A DNA stretch of 64,000 nt. Origin: an uncultured Pseudomonadales bacterium (GTDB taxonomy: Bacteria > Patescibacteriota > Microgenomatia > UBA1400 > UBA12108). The stretch is taken from positions 9,092-73,091 of the forward strand of contig CAZCUC010000002.1 of the NCBI GenBank assembly GCA_964502225.1, in the 5' to 3' direction. Position 1 is the stretch's first letter, and every line of letters starts with the position of its first letter. The position numbers and the translations under genes were made by a program. The notes beneath the pieces are model-generated. The model was not told the origin of the DNA and did not search any database. It saw nothing but the letters and a program-made list of their open reading frames with translations. Positions 1 through 10,215 of the stretch are shown piece after piece.

Positions 1-4
1 TCCT

Positions 5-907
5 ATGCCACATAAAATAGCCGAGGTGGCGATGGAGAGTAAAGTGGTCAGAGCCACAGTGTATCAATCAAATCTCCCCTACAAAGTGGGCGACATGGTG
101 ATTGTGAGTCATGATCCACAGTTTGAAGATCTCTATAGCGTCACTGACAAAGTCAGAACCCTAGCCTTGTATCGATTGTTTATCCTTTTTGTCGTCGCGA
201 TTGTGGCAGTAAGTGGGATAGCTGGAGTCCGCTCGCTCTTTGGACTAGCTTTCTCTTTTGCCGTCATCTTTATGTATGTACTACCCCAAATAGTGGGGGG
301 CAGTAACCCAGTGAGCGTAGCCCTCATCGCTAGCGCCATGATTCTCTTGGTCTCGTACTACCTGACGCATGGACTAAGCCACAAATCAACGATCGCAATC
401 CTTGGTACACTGGGAGCACTGTTTGTGACTGGGATCCTCGCCAGTCTGTTTGGGAGCTGGGCAGGACTCACTGGGTTTGGCGCTGAGGAGACTGGATTTT
501 TGCTCGACAAATTCCCGGTCGAGAGGTTTTACAATTTGCTTCTTGCCGGGATTATTATTGGATCGCTTGGAGTCTTGGATGATATTACAATTTCTCAGGC
601 CTCGATTGTATCTGAGCTCGCAGATAGCAACCCCAAACTAGGGATGAGGGATCTATATTTGAGGGCGATGCGGATCGGCCATGATCATATATCCTCACTC
701 GTCAATACCTTGGTCCTTGTTTATGCTGGGAGCTCGCTACCGTTACTCCTATTATTTGTCACCAGTCGAGCTACACCATTTGAACTACTCAACTACGAAG
801 CAATGGCAGAGGAAATAGTTCGAACTCTAGCCGGATCTATTGGGCTCATTGCGGCAGTGCCTTTGACTACTTTGATTGCTAGTTACTGGTACAGCAAAAA
901 GCGCTAA
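5..907 (+). CDS. YibE/F-like multi-pass membrane protein
   Basis: N-terminal soluble segment followed by about 6-7 hydrophobic helices. Overall layout resembles the YibE/F family. No catalytic motif seen. Confidence 0.45.
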   Translation: MPHKIAEVAMESKVVRATVYQSNLPYKVGDMVIVSHDPQFEDLYSVTDKVRTLALYRLFILFVVAIVAVSGIAGVRSLFGLAFSFAVIFMYVLPQIVGGSNPVSVALIASAMILLVSYYLTHGLSHKSTIAILGTLGALFVTGILASLFGSWAGLTGFGAEETGFLLDKFPVERFYNLLLAGIIIGSLGVLDDITISQASIVSELADSNPKLGMRDLYLRAMRIGHDHISSLVNTLVLVYAGSSLPLLLLFVTSRATPFELLNYEAMAEEIVRTLAGSIGLIAAVPLTTLIASYWYSKKR

Positions 908-908
908 T

Positions 909-1646
909 TTATTCTTTGACTAAGATCATGATCACAACTCCAAACAAGAATGTAGCGATCATGGCGACTGTGCGTTTTGTAGAGGTTTCGTGCTTGAGTT
1001 CGGGGATGAGATCGGCCGCCGAGATATAAATAAACCCACCAGCCGCGATCGGGATGAGATAGCTGGCAAACTCGGTCAAGGCGTGACTGGCAAAGTACCC
1101 GAGTACCCCACCAGCGACTGCAGTCATGCTAACAACTACATTGTAAATGAGAGCTTTTTTACGGGTAAAACCAGAGTGAAGGAGGACGCCAAAATCGCCT
1201 ATTTCCTGCGGTATTTCGTGCATTGCGATAGCCAGCGTAGCCACTAGTCCCAAACCATTGCCTGTCGCAAAGGAGGCGGCAATCAGGACACCATCGAGGA
1301 AGTTGTGGATCGCATCGGCGATCAGATTCATTGTGCCCATCGTGTGCTTGGCCAAGTGATCTTTGTCGTGACAATGACGCCAGTGGAGGAATCGCTCTAA
1401 AACAAAAAAACCAATAAAAGAAAGAAGGGTCAGCTGAAAGGGTAAAGTAGTACCCAAGGCATCGATCGACTCGGGGAGGAGGTGGAGAAGAGCGGCAGAG
1501 AGCATGGTACCTGCCGAGAGTGAAACGAGGGACATGAGGATTTTATTTAAAAATTTTTGCGAGAGTGCGAGTGCCGCGACACCCACAAAAGAGCCGGAGC
1601 TAATAATAATGGTAGCCAAAACTACTGACCACAATTCGCTAGACAT
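909..1646 (-). CDS. zupT: ZIP-family zinc transporter (ZupT-like)
   Basis: HEIPQEIGDFGVL and HNFLDGVLIAASF motifs typical of ZIP/ZupT, with multiple TM helices. Start chosen at the internal Met (MSSELW) to avoid overlapping zur; the ORF track extends to 1682. Confidence 0.8.
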   Translation of the reverse strand: MSSELWSVVLATIIISSGSFVGVAALALSQKFLNKILMSLVSLSAGTMLSAALLHLLPESIDALGTTLPFQLTLLSFIGFFVLERFLHWRHCHDKDHLAKHTMGTMNLIADAIHNFLDGVLIAASFATGNGLGLVATLAIAMHEIPQEIGDFGVLLHSGFTRKKALIYNVVVSMTAVAGGVLGYFASHALTEFASYLIPIAAGGFIYISAADLIPELKHETSTKRTVAMIATFLFGVVIMILVKE

Positions 1647-2070
1647 ATGTATTGCTCCTTTGACATTTATTACAAATACCAAATAATTCTAGAGCGTGCT
1701 TGGTGACTCGAAAGCCGGATTCTTGCTGAAGACGATTTTCGATGGCAAAGACCTCCGTCAATGTATCGACTACATCTTCAACCTTGCCACAGATATTACA
1801 CACCGCATGATGGTGGTGACCATGCATATATTCGTAGCGGAATTTACCTTCTTGGAAGTCGATCCGTTCTAGGATGCCGGCGCTGACAAATTTTTCTAGC
1901 GTGCGATAAACGGTAGCGAGATGGGCTTTAGTTCCTAGCTTACTCGCGACCTCGTCAACGTCGAGCGGGAGATCGCTGTCCATACAGATCCGAAGAATTA
2001 TAGTCCTAGCCGTAGATGGCTTTAAACCCTTCGAGCCCAGGACTTGATTGATAATGTCAGTGCGAGTCAT
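1639..2070 (-). CDS. zur: Fur-family metalloregulator, likely Zur
   Basis: Winged-helix N-terminus, His-rich HHHHAVC plus CxxC...CxxC Fur-family metal sites. Lies immediately upstream of zupT. Start codon uncertain (2070, 2076 or 2106). Confidence 0.75.
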   Translation of the reverse strand: MTRTDIINQVLGSKGLKPSTARTIILRICMDSDLPLDVDEVASKLGTKAHLATVYRTLEKFVSAGILERIDFQEGKFRYEYMHGHHHHAVCNICGKVEDVVDTLTEVFAIENRLQQESGFRVTKHALELFGICNKCQRSNTYV

Positions 2071-2083
2071 TCGCATAGTATAG

Positions 2084-2098
2084 TGCGAATTGTTCGCA
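2084..2098. promoter_or_regulatory. Candidate Zur/Fur-family box, 7-1-7 inverted repeat TGCGAAT-T-GTTCGCA
   Basis: Near-perfect 7-1-7 palindrome between divergent zur and the 2128 gene. Overlaps a TTGTCA -35-like hexamer. An adjacent second inverted repeat TCGCA-N8-TGCGA sits at 2071..2088. Confidence 0.45.
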
Positions 2099-2127
2099 TT
2101 TGTCAATCGTTAAAAATCTTATACAAT

Positions 2128-2622
2128 AACGGTATGAATAAACACTTGAAACTAGGAATACTGGGTTGCTTGCTCGTTGGAGCTATACTGGCTAACTGGC
2201 TATACTCAACCAAAACCCCTACTGACGCTGATCATGAGGACGTCCACTACCATGCTGGATTTAAGGTTTACATCGATGGCCAGCTCCAAGATTATAGCGA
2301 CTACAAGTATATGAACTTTGTGCCATGTACTGAACACAATGTAAAAAAATCGCCAGCCGAGGAGCAAATTGAGTTGGCACATCTCCACGATGGTGTGGGC
2401 GATGTGGTACACGTGCATCGCAGTGGAGCTAAATGGGGAGATTTGTTTAAGAATATCGGAGTTAAGCTCAGTGGTGAAGTGCCAGAACTAGACCAGCCGA
2501 TTGCTCCAGATAGCTCGATCGTAATAACCATCGGGAAACAAGTAGATAATCCCGAGAGAGTCAGCGTTGAACATATAAAAGAAGTAGAATCCAAAAGTGA
2601 GCTGTGTGGTAAGAGTGAGTGA
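2128..2622 (+). CDS. His-rich secreted/membrane-anchored protein, possible Zur-regulon metal-binding protein
   Basis: Signal/TM segment MNKHLKLGILGCLLVGAIL, then several HxH/HxxH clusters (HEDVHYH, ELAHLHDGVGDVVHVH). Divergent from zur and shares the box-containing intergenic region. Confidence 0.4.
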   Translation, partial: NGMNKHLKLGILGCLLVGAILANWLYSTKTPTDADHEDVHYHAGFKVYIDGQLQDYSDYKYMNFVPCTEHNVKKSPAEEQIELAHLHDGVGDVVHVHRSGAKWGDLFKNIGVKLSGEVPELDQPIAPDSSIVITIGKQVDNPERVSVEHIKEVESKSELCGKSE

Positions 2623-2624
2623 GT

Positions 2625-3125
2625 CTAGTTGAGTAGCCAAATTGAGAGATTAAGGAAACTAGCGAAAGTAACCCAGACGATATAGGGGTAGAGGAGATAG
2701 GCTGACCAAGGTGAGAGTTTTTCCCCTTCCTGGATAGAGCGCGCGATAAAATACCACATAGCTAAAATTTCGATAAACGCTAGGCCGGTAAATTTGAGAC
2801 CAAAGAAAAGGATCGACCAGAGGGCATTGAGGATTAGCTGAGATGCATAGACGTGCCAAAATGATCTGGCTTTTTTGCCAAACTGGTATTTGCGCCAAAC
2901 CAAGTATGCTGAGATCCCCATGAGGGTGTAGAGGAGTGTCCAGACTGGACCAAAGACCCAGTTGGGAGGAGAGAAAAATGGCTTGTTGAGATAAAGATAC
3001 CAATTGGTGATAGCAGAGAAAGTAAACAGCGAGCCGATCCCACCAGCTAATTGGGCGACGGCAATGCTTAAGATGAGCATCCAGTAGTTATCTTTGGGGC
3101 GAGACCATGGCCAGGTAATGTTCAT
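2625..3125 (-). CDS. tspO: TspO/MBR family tryptophan-rich sensory protein
   Basis: FFSPPNWVFGPVWTLLYTLMGISAYLVW Trp-rich motif, five TM helices, about 165 aa from Met MNITW. Confidence 0.75.
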   Translation of the reverse strand: MNITWPWSRPKDNYWMLILSIAVAQLAGGIGSLFTFSAITNWYLYLNKPFFSPPNWVFGPVWTLLYTLMGISAYLVWRKYQFGKKARSFWHVYASQLILNALWSILFFGLKFTGLAFIEILAMWYFIARSIQEGEKLSPWSAYLLYPYIVWVTFASFLNLSIWLLN

Positions 3126-3403
3126 AATTCGAGTATAACCTTTTTGAAGCGTGGCACAATAGCGCCATTCCACTCGACTTTTTCTAGCCAGGAGTCTAGG
3201 TCTCTAACAAATTCTGGGGCATTAACTTCTTGGATGTTCGTGTAGCGGATCGCGACTTTTTGGGTGACTTCTTGGATCACATAGCCCAATACCTTGTAGT
3301 CACGGTCTCTGTATTTGTAGTGCTTGTAGATGGCGCCAAGCTCTACCAACTTACTAGCTTCTGCAATTCTTTTGTTTAACTCTGTGTGGGAAATGTGGGT
3401 CAT
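3122..3403 (-). CDS. DUF1653-like small protein
   Basis: G-x-YKHYK...Y-V-LG...RYT...F-RDLDSW pattern matches DUF1653 (YRHYKG...Y.V). Confidence 0.4.
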   Translation of the reverse strand: MTHISHTELNKRIAEASKLVELGAIYKHYKYRDRDYKVLGYVIQEVTQKVAIRYTNIQEVNAPEFVRDLDSWLEKVEWNGAIVPRFKKVILEL

Positions 3404-3404
3404 G

Positions 3405-3881
3405 TTATACCTTCAGGGCCTGGCCCTGAAGGTCTAGGTAAGCTTGAATATCACGCTTGATGCCATCTACTGTGATTAGTTCAAGTGCTTCGGTTGGCGT
3501 TACCCAGGAATACTCTTCGTGCTCGTCGGACAATTTGATATCGAGTTGGTCGGTGGAAGCGACGAAAGTAATTCCGACTAATTCATTCTCTGCTGTTTCT
3601 TCGTGACCGCGATAAATATGCCAGCAAGTTAGTGGAGTGCCGGCAGTAATGGTGATACCTAGTTCTTCACCCACTTCGCGTACTAGACCAGCTTGAGGAG
3701 ATTCGTGCTGGGCGATGCGCCCATACATGATTTCCCATTCTCCTGGGTGCCAATCTAGTTTTTGACTACGTTTGATAAGGAGAATTTTGCCCACTGGATT
3801 GGTAATCACCGCACCGACCGCCACCATGAAACGACCAACTGGGTTATGCTCACTATTTGTATTATCGACTTTGTTTGTCAT
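3405..3881 (-). CDS. NUDIX hydrolase
   Basis: Nudix box GRIAQHESPQAGLVREVGEELGI (Gx5Ex7REUxEExGU). Start moved to the internal Met at 3881 to avoid overlap with the upstream aldo-keto reductase. Confidence 0.8.
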   Translation of the reverse strand: MTNKVDNTNSEHNPVGRFMVAVGAVITNPVGKILLIKRSQKLDWHPGEWEIMYGRIAQHESPQAGLVREVGEELGITITAGTPLTCWHIYRGHEETAENELVGITFVASTDQLDIKLSDEHEEYSWVTPTEALELITVDGIKRDIQAYLDLQGQALKV

Positions 3882-3885
3882 ATGA

Positions 3886-4803
3886 TTATTTAAAGTAAGG
3901 GATGTCCCACGAGTCGGATGGATCGACATAGCGTAGGCCTTTATCTAACATAGATAACTCTTTCATATCGGTTTCGTCGAGCTGGAAATCAAAAACTTCG
4001 ATATTCTCCTTGATCCTAGCTGGAGTGACGCTCTTGGGGATGACCACGGTGCCCCGCTCGATCGCCCAGTTGATAAGAATTTGCGCGACAGATTTGTTGT
4101 GTTTGGCGGCGATTTTCTTTACTACCGGATCTTCGTGGAGACGAGTAGTATTTAGCTCGACTCCCATGCGCCCAGTGGGCGAGTAGGCGGTGACTGCAAT
4201 ATTGTGATCCAGGCAGTAATCGACTAGCTCCTGCTGAGCGTTGTATGGGTGAAGCTCGATTTGATTCATAGCGGGGATGATGGTTGCATAGGACATAAGA
4301 TCATGAAGCATCATGGTGGAAAAATTTGCCACACCGATTGATTTAACAAGTCCAAGCTGGATGAGTTTCTCCATGGCCTCCCACGTTTCGCGGATGGAGA
4401 CTTTTTCCGTGACTGCTTTGCCGTCTTGCATAGGCTCTAACTCTTCTCCATGTTTAAAAGCCACACCCCAGTGCATGAGATAGAGATCGAGATAATCTAG
4501 CTGGAGATCTTGGAGGGTTTGTCGACAGGCGGCTTCGACGTTTTGTGAAGCGTGATTGGTATTCCAAAGTTTGCTAGTAATAAAAATGTCTTCTCTTTTT
4601 ATCGACTTAAACACTTCGGCGTATGCCTTACCTACTTCGGGCTCGTTGCGGTAGATCATGGCTCCGTCGATGTGGATGTAACCTGCTTCAGTTAGGGCAT
4701 ATCGCACTGCCTGACCGACTTGGTTGGGTAGGGACTTCCAGGTGCCCAAACCTATGGTTGGGATATTGTAGCCACTATTTAGTTTAATAGTTTTTTGTAA
4801 CAT
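3886..4803 (-). CDS. Aldo/keto reductase (AKR, 2,5-diketo-D-gluconate reductase-like)
   Basis: LNSGYNIPTIGLGTWKS N-terminal signature, IDGAMIYRNE, LYLMHWG, about 300 aa. Confidence 0.85.
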   Translation of the reverse strand: MLQKTIKLNSGYNIPTIGLGTWKSLPNQVGQAVRYALTEAGYIHIDGAMIYRNEPEVGKAYAEVFKSIKREDIFITSKLWNTNHASQNVEAACRQTLQDLQLDYLDLYLMHWGVAFKHGEELEPMQDGKAVTEKVSIRETWEAMEKLIQLGLVKSIGVANFSTMMLHDLMSYATIIPAMNQIELHPYNAQQELVDYCLDHNIAVTAYSPTGRMGVELNTTRLHEDPVVKKIAAKHNKSVAQILINWAIERGTVVIPKSVTPARIKENIEVFDFQLDETDMKELSMLDKGLRYVDPSDSWDIPYFK

Positions 4804-4811
4804 AACACTCC

Positions 4812-5435
4812 TTAGTTTGTAACTATTTTAGTTTCACCATCATTTACTATAACAGCTTGGTCGTCGCGGAGTGGGAGGACGATATTATCCTGATATCTTA
4901 AACTAAGGTCATCAAGTAGTGCTCTGTGTCGTAAGGCGTATTTTTCTCGCCCATAATGAGGAATTAACAGTTTCTTTATAAGATTGAGACCACTGAAATT
5001 GGTGAGTGCTGGAACTGGCATTTCTAGTGACTTCGCATATTCTATATCTGACCCCATGATGATAGATCCTGCACTACTACCGATATATACAGTCCCCTTG
5101 TCGATTAGCTCCTTGATGACGATGTCGAAACCAGATTTCTTCACTTCATTTAATAAATAGTAGGTGTTGCCACCGGCTACAAATATGACATGGAAAGGAG
5201 AGAGTTCGCTACTCAATATATCGACATTTTTATTTTTGAGATCGTAGTCGGTCACGGCAAATCCCATCTCTACCAACTTGGCTCGGTCGCCATCCATCCA
5301 CGGGCGACTATCTGCTGGGTAGGGATCTGCGGCAGTGGGGATAAAGGCGAGTTTGAGACTGCTTGGTTTGTCGGGGAGTAATGGGTAGACTAGGTCTAGT
5401 GTGGCACTGGCGAGACTGGCGAGAAAAAGTTTCAT
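4812..5435 (-). CDS. Peptidase S51 (dipeptidase E / cyanophycinase-like), paralog 1 of 3
   Basis: VAGGNTYYLL and YIGSSAGSIIMG nucleophile-elbow motifs of S51 peptidases. Confidence 0.75.
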   Translation of the reverse strand: MKLFLASLASATLDLVYPLLPDKPSSLKLAFIPTAADPYPADSRPWMDGDRAKLVEMGFAVTDYDLKNKNVDILSSELSPFHVIFVAGGNTYYLLNEVKKSGFDIVIKELIDKGTVYIGSSAGSIIMGSDIEYAKSLEMPVPALTNFSGLNLIKKLLIPHYGREKYALRHRALLDDLSLRYQDNIVLPLRDDQAVIVNDGETKIVTN

Positions 5436-5456
5436 TAAACCATTTTACAACAGTAG

Positions 5457-5753
5457 CTACTTGCGAAGACCAAAGTAGAGCATGGCAAGGAGAATGATTT
5501 TGAAAAAGTATCCACTGTAGGGGTCGATGGCCAGCTTGGTGAGTGGAGTCATGTTGCCGGTAGCGAAGTGGAAAAGGATACTAATGGGCAAAACGAGGAG
5601 CATCCATTGCCAGTGAGTGAGCTGTCTACCTGTAAATGTGATTAGCTTGTTGAGAAGAGGCACAAGGAGATAAATCCCAAGATAGGCAGTAGAAAAATCA
5701 AAAACTGCCAAATTGCCAATACGGAAAGAGCGGAGATATTCAATAGTGATCAT
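5457..5753 (-). CDS. Small hydrophobic membrane protein at the distal end of the cop operon
   Basis: 98 aa with three predicted TM helices. Overlaps the copZ stop by 4 nt. Confidence 0.35.
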   Translation of the reverse strand: MITIEYLRSFRIGNLAVFDFSTAYLGIYLLVPLLNKLITFTGRQLTHWQWMLLVLPISILFHFATGNMTPLTKLAIDPYSGYFFKIILLAMLYFGLRK

Positions 5754-5989
5754 TTGACCACAGTATAGCCTAGTTTCTCGATTATTGTGGTGAACTTAGA
5801 GGGGGACGTGAGTTTGGGGTCGTATGTGATGACTGACTCTTGCTTGGCGTAGCTGGTAGAGGTCGAGATGACACCAGGGAGGTCCTCTAAATCAGAGTCG
5901 ATGTTTAGTGAGCATGAGCTACAGTGGAGGCCACTCAGTTTGAGAGTAACGGTCGTTCCAACTGATTTTTTCTTGAATAAATTAAACAT
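5750..5989 (-). CDS. copZ: Heavy-metal-associated (HMA) domain copper chaperone, CopZ-like
   Basis: LKLSGLHCSSCSLNI: GMxCxxC-type HMA metal-binding loop. Confidence 0.75.
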   Translation of the reverse strand: MFNLFKKKSVGTTVTLKLSGLHCSSCSLNIDSDLEDLPGVISTSTSYAKQESVITYDPKLTSPSKFTTIIEKLGYTVVK

Positions 5990-6407
5990 GAATTTTGTCC
6001 AAATCCTGATTAATTACGCGTACGTCTAGTGCTAAGAGCTCGTCTTTGTAAGCGGCGTCATCGCTAAATTGGTTCCACACAAATATTTTTTTGTTTAAGT
6101 GAAATGCAAGACCAATTTCCATCAGTACGTTGGGGCCAATATAGCCTATTATTCCGTTTTTCTCGTTGTTAATGACAAGAATAGCATCGGATGAGGCAAT
6201 ATTGTCAAAATTTTCTTTAATGTATAGACCCTTTTGCAGACTCGTAGTTCTACCCTTGAAATTTTCTACTACAAAGTCGTTTTTGGCTTTCATCGTTTTG
6301 GCGGAGACGGGGATATCGACCTCAAATCCTTTGGCGATGAGATCTGTTTCAACTTGTACTAGTTCTTTATAAAAATTCATGCTGGCGCAGAGGAAGATCT
6401 TGGTCAT
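5982..6407 (-). CDS. Nucleoside 2-deoxyribosyltransferase-like (Rossmann-like) protein
   Basis: KIFLCASM...DAILVINNEKNGIIGYIGPNVLMEIGLAF resembles the NDT/PF05014-like fold. It sits inside the cop operon and overlaps both neighbours. Confidence 0.4.
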   Translation of the reverse strand: MTKIFLCASMNFYKELVQVETDLIAKGFEVDIPVSAKTMKAKNDFVVENFKGRTTSLQKGLYIKENFDNIASSDAILVINNEKNGIIGYIGPNVLMEIGLAFHLNKKIFVWNQFSDDAAYKDELLALDVRVINQDLDKIHV

Positions 6408-7444
6408 ATAACCTCCATAGTGCCACTATACATGCCCATAGAACAAGAGAAAGTATAGATACCCTTTTTGTCGGGAGTGAATGTAAAGACTTGATTGGTA
6501 TTGGGTTTAACAAAAGCATTGATACCAAAGGCGCGGAAAGTAAAAGCGGTAGCACAAGAGTAAACCTCGCCTGCATTTACTGTCAGTTTGACAGGGATAC
6601 CATTTTTTACAGCGAAATGTCTAGGCGAATAGCCACTATTCAAGATATTTATGGTAACTGGCTGGACGCCATCGACTAGGCTGGGAGTCGGGATGACCCT
6701 CTCTGTAGATTGGTCGTAGGGAGGCAAAAGTTTGACTATCCTAGGACCTAGCCGCTCGAGAGAATAGTTGCTGTCCATAACCTGGAGGATTCCGTTGAAT
6801 GAGTAGAGTGCCATGGCGATTAAGAGTACGGCGGCAGTACGGAGGAAGTAAATGCGCCAGACCTCACTGAGCTTGGCGGTCGCGATACCGATCAATACAA
6901 ACATGGGGGCAGTCCCCAGGACAAAAGTCCCCATAATCAGTGCACCCTGGAGAGGAGAGCCAGAACTGATGGCAAGGATCTCCATGGCCTGTGTGACTCC
7001 GCAGGGGATAAGAATAGTCAAGAATCCAAGGAGCCCGGGAGCGAACAATCGATCGGCTGTAGTATTATTCTTGATCAGTTTGCGCGCAAATTTGGGCGGG
7101 GTAAACGCCATAAAGCGGAAAATTGGGTGCACTTCGAGTAGGTTCATGGCAGAGGCAAACATGAAGAGCGCGGCAAAACCTTGGAAGAAGAGTCGCATGC
7201 TGAGGGAGAGTGTGATAGCAGATCCAAGCCAGCCGAGGAAAAAACCGAGGATGGTGTGGGCGATGAGTTTGGTCACAAGGAATGCAGTGACTCCTGCCCA
7301 GTCGTCTGCGCCGAAGCCTGGCTCTACTTTAAGCTTTTTTTGATTGGCGATGGTAGAGGCGAGGATCCCTCCTTGCATGGCGGCGCAGGTTACACCACCA
7401 CTGGTTAGACCAGTCAATAAAATGAGCCATAGATTCATATACAA
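6404..7444 (-). CDS. Polytopic permease with duplicated Cys motifs fused to a C-terminal cupredoxin-like domain, putative Cu transporter
   Basis: About 8 TM helices carrying two related motifs, GVTCAAMQGG and IPCGVTQAME. The C-terminal roughly 100 aa (VKLTVNAGEVYSCATAF...YTFSCSMGMYSGTMEV) looks like a Cupredoxin_1-type domain. Embedded in the cop operon. Confidence 0.5.
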   Translation of the reverse strand: MYMNLWLILLTGLTSGGVTCAAMQGGILASTIANQKKLKVEPGFGADDWAGVTAFLVTKLIAHTILGFFLGWLGSAITLSLSMRLFFQGFAALFMFASAMNLLEVHPIFRFMAFTPPKFARKLIKNNTTADRLFAPGLLGFLTILIPCGVTQAMEILAISSGSPLQGALIMGTFVLGTAPMFVLIGIATAKLSEVWRIYFLRTAAVLLIAMALYSFNGILQVMDSNYSLERLGPRIVKLLPPYDQSTERVIPTPSLVDGVQPVTINILNSGYSPRHFAVKNGIPVKLTVNAGEVYSCATAFTFRAFGINAFVKPNTNQVFTFTPDKKGIYTFSCSMGMYSGTMEVI

Positions 7445-7486
7445 GTGCTCCGATGTTCCGGTGTTCCAGTTTTCCGGTAGATATTT

Positions 7487-9775
7487 TTATAATTTAACAT
7501 ACTTTAAGCGTAAAGAATTGGTTACGACAGAGACTGAGGAAAAAGCCATGGCGGCGCCAGCGATCCCTGGGTTGAGCATGATCCCATAGAGAGGATAGAG
7601 GATACCTGCCGCAATCGGGATGCCAATAATATTGTAAGCAAAGGCCCAGAACAGGTTTTGCTTGATTACGCGGAAGGTGAGGCGGGATAATTTGATGGCT
7701 TGGGGTAGTCTCTCGAGATTGCCCCCTAGGAGCGTGAGTCCAGCGGACTCGATAGCCACGTCGGTACCAGTCCCCATGGCGATCCCCACATCGGCGGTCG
7801 CGAGAGCTGGGGCGTCGTTGACTCCGTCGCCTACCATGGCGACCTTGTATCCCTCGGCTTGCAATTTTTGCACTTCGTTAGCTTTGTCTCCCGGCATGAC
7901 TTCGGCAATAATTTTGTCAATTCCCACGGTTTTGCCAATATACTCGGCAGTCAAATGGTGGTCACCTGTCATCATAGCCACTTTGATCCCCAACTTGTGG
8001 AGATCTTTGATGGCTTGGATGGATTCGTCTTTGAGCGTGTCGCTGATGCCTAGGTACATAATAATCTCTTTGGATGAGGCCAAGATGATCGGGGTCGCGC
8101 CGACTGCGGCAGAACTTTCGATAACACCTTTGTCAATTTTGAGGCCCAAGGATGAGATAAGTTTGAGATTGCCTGCGTAGTAGAGTTTTTTCCCGATTTT
8201 GCCTTGCAAACCTTGGCCGGGAATCGACTTGAAGTCTGAGATTGATAAGAGTGTTAGTTTGTCTGATTTGGCTTTTGCGACGATCGCCTGAGCTAGCGGG
8301 TGCTCGGAGCTAGCTTCCAGTGAAGCGAGGTGGACGAGTGAGTCTTGTTCTGAGAGAGTACCTACTGTTTTGAGATTGGTAACGGTGGGCTCGCCTTTGG
8401 TCAGGGTACCCGTCTTGTCTAGAACAATGTAGTCTACCGCGCGCAACTTTTCGAGACTTTCGGCATTTTTGACCAAGATACCCTTTTGGGCGGCCTTGCC
8501 CACACCTACTATGATCGCGGTCGGGGTGGCTAGACCTAGGGCACAGGGACAGGCGATGACGAGGATGCCGACAAAACTGAGGAGTCCGAGGAGGGGGTTG
8601 CCTAGCGCTGTCCACAAAATGAAAACTAGCACGGATAAAACTATGACGATAGGCACAAAAACCGAGGAGATTTGGTCGGTCAGACGCTCGATCGGGGCGT
8701 GACTACCCTGTGCAGTCTCGACCATTTTGATGATCTGAGAAAGGATAGTCCCCTCACCCACAACAGTGGCGCGGAGATTGAACATGCCTTGTTTGTTGAT
8801 AGTGCCACCGATCACTTTGTCGCCGACGACTTTATCTACTGGGAGAGGCTCGCCGGTCAACATGGATTCATCCACGCTACTGTCGCCACTGATGATTTCT
8901 CCGTCCACTGGGATTTTGACTCCTGGTTTGACGATGACTATGTCTCCGATAATCACTTCGCTGACGGGGATCTCTGTTTCTTGACCATTGCGCAGAACGA
9001 GTGCTGTCTTGGCTTGCAAACCCAAGAGTTTTTCGATAGCTTCGCCGGTTTTCATTTTGGAGCCGGCCTCTAAGTATTTACCGAGGGTGATAAACGCAAT
9101 TACCACGATGGTGACGTCGTAATAGACTTGCTCTACTGCGAGGTATGGTGCGAGTATCCCCTCAAAGGCAGAAACGATAAACGAATAAAGAAATGCGACC
9201 GAGGTACCGATACCAATCAAGGTATCCATATTGGCAACTCTATACTGGACAAATCGAAACACAGACTTGATGTAGGGCAAACCTATGACAAATAACATAT
9301 AGGTGGCCATGATGGGGAGGAGATGGTGGAAAAAGGTTTTGACAGCATCAGGGTAGGGGAAGAATGATTCCCAAATCATCATCACGAGACTCACGGCGGC
9401 CAGCGGGAGAGAGATCTTGACCTGAGATTTTAGCTTGGCTAAATCCGCTAGTTTTTCGGCTTTTTTGGCAGGGTTTGTGCCTACGGGCCCCATGTCGTGG
9501 CCAGCATGGAGGGAATGATCCATTCTGGACATGTCGTAACCGGGGTGGCCCATAGGAGGATTGGGGTCGGTTGGTTTGATACTATAACCGAGGGGAGAGA
9601 TTAGCGAGTTAAATTTAGAATCATCAATGTTTTTGGTTGTCGACAACTCTGCAACCTCGGTAGCATAGTTTACGTCGACCGATTTCACCCCATCTACTTT
9701 GGAGAGCTTTTTCTTGATAATACTGGCACAACTGGCGCAATGCATACCAACCACTTCGTATTTTTTGGTGATCAT
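7487..9775 (-). CDS. copA: Copper-translocating P1B-type ATPase
   Basis: N-terminal [18 protein letters not shown] motif ([11 protein letters not shown]), DKTGTLT phosphorylation site, [10 protein letters not shown] hinge. Confidence 0.92.
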   Translation of the reverse strand: MITKKYEVVGMHCASCASIIKKKLSKVDGVKSVDVNYATEVAELSTTKNIDDSKFNSLISPLGYSIKPTDPNPPMGHPGYDMSRMDHSLHAGHDMGPVGTNPAKKAEKLADLAKLKSQVKISLPLAAVSLVMMIWESFFPYPDAVKTFFHHLLPIMATYMLFVIGLPYIKSVFRFVQYRVANMDTLIGIGTSVAFLYSFIVSAFEGILAPYLAVEQVYYDVTIVVIAFITLGKYLEAGSKMKTGEAIEKLLGLQAKTALVLRNGQETEIPVSEVIIGDIVIVKPGVKIPVDGEIISGDSSVDESMLTGEPLPVDKVVGDKVIGGTINKQGMFNLRATVVGEGTILSQIIKMVETAQGSHAPIERLTDQISSVFVPIVIVLSVLVFILWTALGNPLLGLLSFVGILVIACPCALGLATPTAIIVGVGKAAQKGILVKNAESLEKLRAVDYIVLDKTGTLTKGEPTVTNLKTVGTLSEQDSLVHLASLEASSEHPLAQAIVAKAKSDKLTLLSISDFKSIPGQGLQGKIGKKLYYAGNLKLISSLGLKIDKGVIESSAAVGATPIILASSKEIIMYLGISDTLKDESIQAIKDLHKLGIKVAMMTGDHHLTAEYIGKTVGIDKIIAEVMPGDKANEVQKLQAEGYKVAMVGDGVNDAPALATADVGIAMGTGTDVAIESAGLTLLGGNLERLPQAIKLSRLTFRVIKQNLFWAFAYNIIGIPIAAGILYPLYGIMLNPGIAGAAMAFSSVSVVTNSLRLKYVKL

Positions 9776-10215
9776 ACAACTCCTTTGTGTAAAGAATTAA
9801 ATTCTTTGAGACAACCTTTGCCGCAAAAGTAGTGGCGCACACCATCGTATTCGCAGGTATAGCTTGCAGAGCTAGGAGTTAACTGCATCTGGCAAACTGG
9901 GTCAACCACAGTGGGCTCGGCTTCGCTCATGGGTCTTGTTTTGGTTAGACCGTCGATAAAGATAGATAGTGTGGCAAAACGATCCATTGCGAGTACGTAA
10001 TACATTTCTTTGCCGATCTTTCTTGTCTTTACTAGACCGCACTGTTTGAGGAGTATGAGGTGCTGGGATACTGTTGCCTGGCGGAGCGCTGTCATCTGAA
10101 CTATCTGATTGACGGTGAGCTCGTGGCCATGCAAAAGACAGACAATTTCCAACCGTTTGGCGTGGCCGAGGACTTTGAGGTGGGCCGCGTTTTTTCTAAA
10201 CATTGATGACTGCAT
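9772..10215 (-). CDS. ArsR/SmtB-family repressor fused to a C-terminal TRASH/YHS-type metal-binding domain
   Basis: wHTH ([21 protein letters not shown]...VSQHL) plus DPVCQMQL...[11 protein letters not shown] Cys cluster. Its start overlaps the copA stop (ATGA). Confidence 0.7.
   Translation of the reverse strand: MQSSMFRKNAAHLKVLGHAKRLEIVCLLHGHELTVNQIVQMTALRQATVSQHLILLKQCGLVKTRKIGKEMYYVLAMDRFATLSIFIDGLTKTRPMSEAEPTVVDPVCQMQLTPSSASYTCEYDGVRHYFCGKGCLKEFNSLHKGVV

Noticed and set aside
2044-2127. Upstream extension of the His-rich protein ORF (start at 2044)
   Set aside because: The extension overlaps the zur start and the Zur box. Met 2128 begins a signal-peptide-like segment and is the more plausible start.
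7662-8180. 172-aa plus-strand ORF, and similar ORFs at 7859..8053, 8469..8702, 8672..9073 and 8766..8984
   Set aside because: Antisense to the well-supported copA gene. Typical GC-rich antisense frames with no motifs.
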